A stretch of 64,000 bases of DNA from Kiritimatiellia bacterium (GTDB lineage Bacteria; Verrucomicrobiota; Kiritimatiellia; JAAZAB01): the NCBI GenBank assembly GCA_050944835.1, contig JBMNRV010000011.1:6657-70656 (forward strand), read 5' to 3'. The notes under the pieces were generated by a model. The model was not told the origin of the DNA and did not search any database. It worked only from the letters and a program-made list of their open reading frames with translations. Made by a program: the position numbers and the translations under genes. Shown piece after piece: positions 56,364 to 64,000 of the stretch (the first letter of the stretch is position 1; the number at the start of each line of letters is the position of its first letter).

Positions 56364-58013
56364 TTATCGGCAGACTAACGAAGGATCGTAATCCGCTGGT
56401 GGAACAAAACCCAGCAATGTCAGACAAGTTGCGGCCAGACTACTGATGCCCGGCTCACGGTGTTCGGCTAACCGCCAGGAACTGTTTGGGTTTGAGTCAA
56501 AAATGTACAACGGCACAGGATTGAGCGAATGGCTGGTTTTGGATATGGGGTGGCCTGTCTCCGGATTGATGGATACTGCGCCGTCTTTTTTATGTTCATA
56601 CATATCGTCGGCATTGCCGTGGTCGGCTGAGACTATCAAGATGCCGTCGGCCGCGCGCACGGCTGGGATCAAGCGGGATAAACACAAATCTACAGTTTCC
56701 ACCGCAATCTGTGCGGCTTGATACACACCGGTATGACCAACCATATCGCCGTTGGGATAATTCAGCCTGATAAATTGATATTTTCCGGCGGCGATCTCCG
56801 CTGTCACGCGATCGGTGATTTCCGCCGCTTTCATCCATGGGCGTTGCTCGAAAGGAAAGCGGTCGGAGGGAATTTCCACGTATTCCTCCAGGTTTTCGTC
56901 AAACTTTCCGGAGCGGTTGCCATTAAAGAAATAGGTCACATGCCCGAACTTTTGAGTTTCGCTGATCGCCAGTTGATGGATACCGGCGCGGCAAAGCAAC
57001 TCGCCCATCGTGCGGTTGATCGCCGGAGGGCTGACCAAGTAGTTTTTTGGGATATGCAGGTCGCCGTCATATTGCATCATTCCGGCGTAACGCACCTGCG
57101 GACGGCGTCCACGGTCAAATTCTGAAAAAACGTCTTCTTCAAAGGCGCGGCTGATTTCGATGCTGCGATCGCCACGGAAATTGAAGAAGATCACACTGTC
57201 ATGATCTTCAATCGGGCCTATCGGTCGGTTATTTTCAGCGATAACAAATGGCGGCAAATCTTGGTCAATTACTCCCGGTTGCGCTTGGCGGTGGGCTATG
57301 ATTGCCGCACGCGCGGAGGGAAAGCTTGGGGCGCGGGCATGGACATGGGTCTCCCACCCCCGTCTCACCATATCCCAATCTGCATTGTAACGGTCCATGG
57401 TAATCCGCATGCGTCCGCCGCCGGAGGCGATGCGATAGTCCACAGTCCGGTCGGCGTTGAGTTCCGTTAGAAATTTTTCGAACGGATCAACATAATCCAA
57501 AGCGGAGGTCTCGCCGACATCGCGTCCGTCCAGCAGAATGTGTATGCGCGCGCGGCGGATGCCTTCCTGACGGGCTTGGCGCAACATGGCCCGCAAATGA
57601 TCAATGTGGCTGTGAACGTTGCCGTCTGAAAATAAACCGATGAAATGCAGTGTGGACTGCTGTGCTCGACAGTTTTCAACCAAACTGCGCCAAGTTGCGC
57701 CGCGGAATAGATCGCCCGATGCAATGGCGGCATTAACCAGCATTGCGCCCTGATCGAATACCCGTCCGCATCCGATGGCATTATGGCCGACTTCACTGTT
57801 GCCCATATCGGCATCGGAGGGCAAACCGACTGCCCGGCCATGCGCTTTTAACCGGCTGCTGAGAGCGTGCTGCGCCAGCCAATCCATTTGCGGAGTCAGG
57901 GCGGTGCGCACGGCGTCGCCCTCGCTATACTTGCCAATGCCTATGCCGTCCATAATTGCCAGTACGACCGGCCCTTTCGGTCCGGGATCGCCCGACTTTT
58001 TCAACGATTCCAT
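56364..58013 (-). CDS. gpmI: 2,3-BPG-independent phosphoglycerate mutase
   Basis: MGNSEVGH, DGRD, FNFRGDR, ETQKFGHVT, NGDMVGHTG, ADHGNA. Confidence 0.96.
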   Translation of the reverse strand: MESLKKSGDPGPKGPVVLAIMDGIGIGKYSEGDAVRTALTPQMDWLAQHALSSRLKAHGRAVGLPSDADMGNSEVGHNAIGCGRVFDQGAMLVNAAIASGDLFRGATWRSLVENCRAQQSTLHFIGLFSDGNVHSHIDHLRAMLRQARQEGIRRARIHILLDGRDVGETSALDYVDPFEKFLTELNADRTVDYRIASGGGRMRITMDRYNADWDMVRRGWETHVHARAPSFPSARAAIIAHRQAQPGVIDQDLPPFVIAENNRPIGPIEDHDSVIFFNFRGDRSIEISRAFEEDVFSEFDRGRRPQVRYAGMMQYDGDLHIPKNYLVSPPAINRTMGELLCRAGIHQLAISETQKFGHVTYFFNGNRSGKFDENLEEYVEIPSDRFPFEQRPWMKAAEITDRVTAEIAAGKYQFIRLNYPNGDMVGHTGVYQAAQIAVETVDLCLSRLIPAVRAADGILIVSADHGNADDMYEHKKDGAVSINPETGHPISKTSHSLNPVPLYIFDSNPNSSWRLAEHREPGISSLAATCLTLLGFVPPADYDPSLVCR

Positions 58014-58203
58014 ATTGCCGTCTCCTGGCATGCCACGTGATAAAGTGGTATAGAATACACTGCCCGCCGTCAAATGGAAGCCTTTTTTATCATAGTCGGC
58101 GGCGTCCGTAGGGCGTTATTTGTGCGGGAGTCTGATTTATATTGTCTGGTTGCGAGCAGATGTTATAATCCATAAGGTAAAAACAACTCAACAAGGAGTA
58201 TTC

Positions 58204-58386
58204 ATGACTAAGAAAATGATGGCTGCGTTGGCTATATTGCTGTTGACTGCCCTGCTGCTGGTTTTTAACACTAAAGGAAGTGCAATTTCGGTAAATTTAA
58301 TATTCACTGCTGTTGAGGCAACCAAGTCTATTGTTTTTCTTGGCTTTATTGCAGTCGGTGTAATCATCGGTCTGCTGTTGAAATAA
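58204..58386 (+). CDS. Small 2-TM membrane protein (LapA-like)
   Basis: 60 aa, two hydrophobic helices, RBS AAGGAG. Confidence 0.7.
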   Translation: MTKKMMAALAILLLTALLLVFNTKGSAISVNLIFTAVEATKSIVFLGFIAVGVIIGLLLK

Positions 58387-58422
58387 TAGCGATATAGGAT
58401 ATGTCTGTCGAAGGGAGTGCAA

Positions 58423-58842
58423 ATGCGTAATGTAAGTGGATTGCCGGTGGAATTCACGGTTGCCACCAGGCAACACACATGTTTTGTGGATATTACCCGC
58501 CGAGTGCAGCGGTGTCTGGATGCCTTGGATGACGTGCGCACGGCAACGTCTGCCGTCATTTTTGTGCCGCATACTACTGCCGGGATCACTATCAACGAAA
58601 ATGCCGATCCGGACGTTATGGCTGATATTGAAGCTACACTGGAACGCTTAGTGCCGTGGCGGAACAACTACCGTCACAGTGAAGGCAATAGCGCCGCCCA
58701 TATCAAGTCGCTGCTGACAGGCACATCCGTTACCATTCCCTTACGTCAAGGCCGTCTGGTGTTGGGAACATGGCAGGGGATTTATTTCTGCGAATTTGAC
58801 GGGCCGCGCCGACGTTCTGTGTTTGTGACGCTGGGGACATAA
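58423..58842 (+). CDS. yjbQ: YjbQ (UPF0047) family protein
   Basis: PHTTAGITINENADPDV, HSEGNSAAHIK, LGTWQGIYFCEFDGPR. Confidence 0.92.
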   Translation: MRNVSGLPVEFTVATRQHTCFVDITRRVQRCLDALDDVRTATSAVIFVPHTTAGITINENADPDVMADIEATLERLVPWRNNYRHSEGNSAAHIKSLLTGTSVTIPLRQGRLVLGTWQGIYFCEFDGPRRRSVFVTLGT

Positions 58843-58865
58843 GGTGTGCCGCCGCCGGTATGGTT

Positions 58866-59723
58866 TCAGCGCTCAGCCTTTGCCGGCGCTCCCCGCTCCC
58901 GTATTTTCACATCCTCGATTTGCAGCAAGGAACGGTGGGATAGACCGATTGCGCGTATCTCCAAATCTTTGACCATCCATTGGTCGTTGATTTTTTTGAA
59001 GCTGCGCGTAATCATCCGCCGTGCTGGCTGCCCCGCCAATCGCACTTCCATCTGCAGAAAAACAAATAGTTTTTCATCTACCCATAACCGGCGCGTTTCC
59101 GGCAAGACGCCGTCGGTTGCATTCGTTGCCGGCGCTTCCGGCGGTATCAGTTCCACCACCAGGCAATCACGTCCCCGGAAGGTGTCGCGTCCGATCAGAC
59201 GGGCTGTTGGCCACCATAAAAACGACAGTGTTAAATCGCTCCAGGCGACATCTGTGGCTTGGATGTTTTCATTTGCCGGTGGCAATTCTCCGGATACTGG
59301 CTGTGTGCCTGAGGCATAACGCACATCCACATCCGTTGGGCCGTGCCGCAACACATATAATTGTTCCAAAATGCCGCCGAACTGATCGCGCAGGATATAA
59401 TCTGCCGTCATGGGCCGTCGCCCGAAATCCCAAGCTATTTCCACATAATACTTATGTTTAAATCCGCCTTGCAGGGGACCGCTCCGCAATTGGCCGCTCA
59501 TTGCCACCGGCACATCGGGGAGATTGGTGCGCACCAAGTCCATAACCTCCGCAGCGGAGAGCGCCGGTGTCTCCTCCTCCGCGCACAGCGGCGCCGCGGC
59601 CGACATCAGCGCCATGAGCATTACGCAAGCATTGATTAGTCGCCGACTGCTTACGGCATGTGCATAGCCGCGCTGTCCTCGCGTACCGCAGGGTATTTGT
59701 CTTTTACGATCATTTACAGTCAT
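58866..59723 (-). CDS. Outer-membrane lipoprotein-sorting (LolA-like) protein
   Basis: Signal peptide; IQATDVAWSDL, GRDC.VVEL.P, RLWVD, FKKINDQW; start uncertain. Confidence 0.65.
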   Translation of the reverse strand: MTVNDRKRQIPCGTRGQRGYAHAVSSRRLINACVMLMALMSAAAPLCAEEETPALSAAEVMDLVRTNLPDVPVAMSGQLRSGPLQGGFKHKYYVEIAWDFGRRPMTADYILRDQFGGILEQLYVLRHGPTDVDVRYASGTQPVSGELPPANENIQATDVAWSDLTLSFLWWPTARLIGRDTFRGRDCLVVELIPPEAPATNATDGVLPETRRLWVDEKLFVFLQMEVRLAGQPARRMITRSFKKINDQWMVKDLEIRAIGLSHRSLLQIEDVKIRERGAPAKAER

Positions 59724-59842
59724 AGTGCGAATTTGGTTTTTTCTCTGAATGACGGCGATTTTTCAGGAAACGATGTAACTAGATTTTTTGCTGCGCATTC
59801 TTGTCCGATCATATCTGGGCGCGGCATAGTGAAATTCAAGGA

Positions 59843-60799
59843 TTAAGTCATATCCACTATCGCAAAGCTTAGCCCGGCATCCGCCATTGGCACTCCGTTC
59901 ACATGGATGGCGCCATGTGCGCGTCCGGTACGGCTGCGTAATGATAGGAGTTGTATCGTGATCAACAATTGGCAACCCGGTTGCACGGGATGCCGGAACC
60001 GTGCTCGATCCACGCTCATGAAGTAAATCAATTTGTTACGGTGTTCCGGTTGCCGCAGGATATGCGCCGCGCCGGCTTGGGCCATCGTTTCCAGAAGCAG
60101 CGATCCGGGCATGACCGGCGCATTCGGGAAATGCCCTTGGAAAAACGGCTCATTGCCGGACACATTTTTAATGGCTGTCAGGGTGTTGTTTTCCATTTTA
60201 AGCACGGCGTCAACCATGAGCATGGGGTAGCGGTGGGGGATGGCCGCCAGGATTTTATCGGAGGACAAAATGGGTTCGCAAGCGGTTTCCGGTAATGGCG
60301 TCGGCGGCGCTTGCGGCGGCAGAGCATGGCAGCGGGTGATGGTGATTTCCGCTTGGCAGGCGATTTGGTCATGAACCGTAGCGGCAACTTCGAAAATCAC
60401 CGCACGTCGGCGCAAAGTGCGCACTTGGGCGCGCAATTGCAACAGGTCCCCCGGAAGCACCGGGCGCCGGAATTTGACTTTGCGCGCGGCGGTAACCATC
60501 ATTTCGCAGTCGCTGAATGTCGCCATGTGGTGCAGAGCAATTCCGGCGTTTTGAAGCATGGCTTCAAGGATCAACACTCCGGGCATGACCGGCCGCGCCG
60601 GGAAATGTCCTTGGAAAAATGGTTCGCCGGCCGCAACACATTTCCAGGCTATGCTGCATTGCTCTGTCGGCAGCCATTGTGCATAATCCAGCATGAGCAT
60701 TGGATAACGATGCGTGAGGATATGCTTGATAGAGGTTAAATCCAATGATACGACCTGTCCGGCCGATCCGGCGGTTTGATTAAATGGTTTTGTGTTCAT
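59843..60799 (-). CDS. fabZ: Tandem double-domain 3-hydroxyacyl-ACP dehydratase (FabZ-FabZ)
   Basis: HRYPML and EPFFQGHFP..PVMPG.L.LE.M.Q each occur twice. Confidence 0.88.
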   Translation of the reverse strand: MNTKPFNQTAGSAGQVVSLDLTSIKHILTHRYPMLMLDYAQWLPTEQCSIAWKCVAAGEPFFQGHFPARPVMPGVLILEAMLQNAGIALHHMATFSDCEMMVTAARKVKFRRPVLPGDLLQLRAQVRTLRRRAVIFEVAATVHDQIACQAEITITRCHALPPQAPPTPLPETACEPILSSDKILAAIPHRYPMLMVDAVLKMENNTLTAIKNVSGNEPFFQGHFPNAPVMPGSLLLETMAQAGAAHILRQPEHRNKLIYFMSVDRARFRHPVQPGCQLLITIQLLSLRSRTGRAHGAIHVNGVPMADAGLSFAIVDMT

Positions 60800-62484
60800 T
60801 GTTCGATACTGCTATTTTTTAATTCCTGCAGGCGCTTGACGGCGGCGGCCCGCACTTCACGGATTGGATCATGATCGCGGATGCGCGCCAGAAGGGCCTG
60901 ATCCGTTACCCGGCACAAGGCTGCTTCGCGCACCATGGTGTCTGTGTCCGACGTTGCCGCTTCAGCCAGGATTTTTGGGTTATGCACTCGCGTTACAGCC
61001 GCACGGCGCACATCCGCCAGCGGATCGTTGCGGGCGATGTCCTCCAGCGCCGCCTGATCGTTCAGGCGGGAGACGGCCGATAGCCGGACATGTTGATTGT
61101 CGGAGCGCGCCAACGCCTTCAAAATGTTCTGGTCGGTAATGCGTTCCGTTGCCAGTATGCGCACATCCCGATGCACATCTTGTGTGGCCACGGTTTGCAG
61201 CGCTTTTTGGTCAAGCAGGCGTTTTACGGCGGCGGCGCGCACTGTGGGGTCCTGATCGCGAAGTGCAGCGGTTTCTACCGCCGCTTGGTCAGCAATCCGC
61301 TGTAGGGCTGCTTGACGCACGGCAGGCTCTGCATCCGAGCTCAGCGCTTTTGCCAGTACAGTTTGATCTTTTAGTAGCGCGACCGCAGCTTGTCGCACTG
61401 CGGGGTCGGGGTCCCGGATTGCGGCTTGTCCCAATGTGCCGGCGCTCGCCAGCGGATCGAGCTGTTTGACGGCCATCTGACGTATTGTCGGATCGGCATC
61501 CTCCAAGGCTACGCGTTCCAGTGTGCTTCCTTGAAGTCGAATAACTGCGGCTCGTCGAACACGCGGATCGGTGTCCTGCAGCGCCACTTGCGCCAAAGCC
61601 GCTTGGTCGTGCAAGCGTTCTGTCGCTGCTTCGCGTACCATTGGTGCGCGATCCGAGCGTGCCAAGCGCAACAACATGCCTTGGTCGGTCAGCTTACGCG
61701 TTGCCAGGCAGCGGATGACATCATCCGGCTCACGTGATGCGATGTCGGCCAGCGCCGCTTGGTCAGAAACTAAATCCACCGCCATTTTGCGCACATCCCT
61801 ATCCCCGGGACTTGCCGCTATTTTTGCCGACAACTGCTGGTCCTTCATCCCGCGCAAAGCTGTCCGCCGTATCAACGGGTCATCGCTTTCACGGAACACC
61901 TGTAAGAGGTAGTCCTGGCGAGTCAGGCGTGCTGCGGCTGCCGCACGGATGAAGGCGTCATCATTATGCAAAGCGATATCGCGCAACACTTCCTCGCTGG
62001 ATATGCGCTCAATGGCGGCGCGCCGGATCATACGGTCAGAGTTGACGGATGCGATTTCCGCCAGAATTGCCTGATCATCTATTTTATCCAGCGCCGCCAG
62101 CCGGGCCATAGGGTCTGAGTTATCCGCTATTATTGTCCGTAACGCGCGCAAATCCGTCAATTTTTCAACGGCGGCCACGCGCACCTCGGTGGCCGGATCG
62201 GAGCGCGCAATTGAAAAAAGCGTTGCCTGATCGGAAATTTTTTGCACGGCGGCCCGGCGCACATCCCATTCCGGGTCTTTACGGGCGATTTCCGCAATTC
62301 TGGCCGGGTCGCGCGTGGTAATTACCACTTTGCGGCTATCCGAACCGGGCGCATAATCGCCCAGTACGTGCAGCCCATGGTCCTTGCGCAACACCGGAGC
62401 GCATCCGCTCAGCCATAGCGATCCGCACAATATTCCGGCGATAGCATATCCGATAAATGAATTTTTAAATGTAGTGTTTCTCAT
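60796..62484 (-). CDS. HEAT-like repeat lipoprotein
   Basis: Lipobox WLSGC; about 19 repeats of ~26 aa (D.D..VR.AA...L.DQ..L..IA). Confidence 0.85.
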   Translation of the reverse strand: MRNTTFKNSFIGYAIAGILCGSLWLSGCAPVLRKDHGLHVLGDYAPGSDSRKVVITTRDPARIAEIARKDPEWDVRRAAVQKISDQATLFSIARSDPATEVRVAAVEKLTDLRALRTIIADNSDPMARLAALDKIDDQAILAEIASVNSDRMIRRAAIERISSEEVLRDIALHNDDAFIRAAAAARLTRQDYLLQVFRESDDPLIRRTALRGMKDQQLSAKIAASPGDRDVRKMAVDLVSDQAALADIASREPDDVIRCLATRKLTDQGMLLRLARSDRAPMVREAATERLHDQAALAQVALQDTDPRVRRAAVIRLQGSTLERVALEDADPTIRQMAVKQLDPLASAGTLGQAAIRDPDPAVRQAAVALLKDQTVLAKALSSDAEPAVRQAALQRIADQAAVETAALRDQDPTVRAAAVKRLLDQKALQTVATQDVHRDVRILATERITDQNILKALARSDNQHVRLSAVSRLNDQAALEDIARNDPLADVRRAAVTRVHNPKILAEAATSDTDTMVREAALCRVTDQALLARIRDHDPIREVRAAAVKRLQELKNSSIEQ

Positions 62485-62508
62485 CTGAAACTCGTGGGCT
62501 GCCGCGTC

Positions 62509-63396
62509 TCAATCCGGGCGGAGCTTACGTCCCTCATGCTTGTGATATGTCATCAATTTAGCAGCTAAACGGGCAGCGGTGTATTCGGATACTTGGCTCC
62601 CCGGTATAGGCGCAGTTTCTACAATATCGGCCGCTATGACGGTGTGGCGCCGGCACACTTGGCGCAGCAGGTGTGTCAGTTCCAGCCACGTTAGGCCGCC
62701 CGGCTCAGGCGTGCCGGTTCCTGGCATCAGTCCCGGCTCCAGCACATCTATGTCCAACGAAATGTAAATCCGGTCTGACAGGCGATCCATCACTGCTTTT
62801 ATCCAAGCATCGCCGTCAGCCGTTGCCAAATCGCGCCACCAGAATACCGGCAAACGCCTTTGATTGACAAGTTTATATTCTTCTTCACAAAGGCTGCGGA
62901 TGCCGACGTGCACGATCGGCACGGACAAATCCATAACACGGCGCATGGCACAGGCATGTGAGAGCGGGTCGCCTTGGTATTGATTGCGCAAATCCAGGTG
63001 GGCATCAAGATGCAGGACGGACATGTCCGGATGCATCTTGGCCGCCGCCGTCACCAGGGGGGCAGTGATAGAATGCTCGCCGCCGATTGCTAAAAGGAAC
63101 CGGCCGGCGGCCAACACCGGCGCCGCGGCGGCCTCAATACGCGCCATGATTTGTGTGGTGTCGCCGGAGCGGCAATCCGGCGCCGGCAGAGTGCGCACGG
63201 TCAGATTCGGCGCAAGCAATAATTCTTCGTCAAACAACTCCAATTGCGTGCTTGCAGCGAGGATGGCCGCCGGCGCCGCGCCCGTGCCGCGGCCGAAACT
63301 GACTGACCGTTCGTAAGGCACGGGCAAAACGACGTATGGCGCATCTTCTGCTTGTGAGTAGTATGCGCCGTTTTCAAGAAAATGACCTAAAAACAT
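62509..63396 (-). CDS. speB: Agmatinase
   Basis: GGEHS, DAHLD, SLDID, GTGTPEPGG, DIVE. Confidence 0.93.
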   Translation of the reverse strand: MFLGHFLENGAYYSQAEDAPYVVLPVPYERSVSFGRGTGAAPAAILAASTQLELFDEELLLAPNLTVRTLPAPDCRSGDTTQIMARIEAAAAPVLAAGRFLLAIGGEHSITAPLVTAAAKMHPDMSVLHLDAHLDLRNQYQGDPLSHACAMRRVMDLSVPIVHVGIRSLCEEEYKLVNQRRLPVFWWRDLATADGDAWIKAVMDRLSDRIYISLDIDVLEPGLMPGTGTPEPGGLTWLELTHLLRQVCRRHTVIAADIVETAPIPGSQVSEYTAARLAAKLMTYHKHEGRKLRPD

Positions 63397-63424
63397 GGAT
63401 GTCCAGCGCTTTTGAGCGTCGGCG

Positions 63425-64000
63425 TTATTTTTCAAAATAGGTATAGCCGCGCATACCAGCTTCGTAAGCCAGCATGATTTCGTGCCGTTCTTCCGCGGTA
63501 ATTCGGCCCTGCCGAACTGCCTGCTCCGCCTGCCGACGCACACGGTTTACCATTTCGCGCGGATCGTATTCCACAAATGAGAGCACATCGGCCACCGTAT
63601 CGCCTGCAATTTCATTGGTGTATTCGATTGTGCCATCCGGCCCGGCGCGGACATGCAGCACATTCGTATCGCCGAGCAGATTATGCAAATCGCCCAGCGT
63701 TTCCTGGTATGCGCCGACGAGAAACGCGCCAAGGTAATACTCCTCATCAGGCCGCAATTCATGGAGCGGCAAGGTGGATTTGACGTCGTGCAGGTCAATG
63801 AAGCGGTCAATTTTGCCATCGGAATCACAGGTGATGTCGGTGATGGTGCCGTGGCGAGTTGGCATTTCGTTCAACCGGTGAATGGGCATGATCGGGAAAA
63901 GTTGATCTACAGCCCAAGCGTCTGGCATTGATTGAAAAACACTGAAGTTGCAATAATACGCATCGGCAATCGCCGTTTCCAACCCCCGTAATTCCTCCGG
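63425..64000 (-). CDS. speA: Biosynthetic arginine decarboxylase (3' part; runs off window)
   Basis: YCNFSVFQSMPDAW, DITCDSDG, GAYQETLGDLHNL, GYTYFE. Confidence 0.95.
   Translation of the reverse strand, partial: PEELRGLETAIADAYYCNFSVFQSMPDAWAVDQLFPIMPIHRLNEMPTRHGTITDITCDSDGKIDRFIDLHDVKSTLPLHELRPDEEYYLGAFLVGAYQETLGDLHNLLGDTNVLHVRAGPDGTIEYTNEIAGDTVADVLSFVEYDPREMVNRVRRQAEQAVRQGRITAEERHEIMLAYEAGMRGYTYFEK

Overview
64 kb of a GC-rich diderm bacterial chromosome, probably PVC superphylum (Kiritimatiellae-like; inferred from gene content, not verified). Housekeeping genes: pheT (partial), 6S RNA, rarA, 5-FTHF cyclo-ligase, rny, larE, hpt, nadB, cysK, manA, mlaEFD, rnd, a divergent lpxC, gpmI, a tandem-domain fabZ, speB and speA (partial), plus tRNA-Arg(TCG) and tRNA-Leu(CAA). 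Accessory genes include large secreted proteins and a DeoR-linked sugar/amino-sugar catabolic cluster. The main unexplained signal is non-coding. About 15 intergenic regions between 7.6 and 50.3 kb are built from a small set of short repeat modules. These are shuffled, nested as inverted pairs and often fused to stop codons. Some clusters hold a 117-bp multi-hairpin core seen in filled, empty and inverted states, and two have imperfect terminal inverted repeats. No transposase, integrase, RT or cas gene is visible. A second, REP/REPIN-like palindrome family and a ~21-bp motif upstream of three sugar-metabolism genes are also present.
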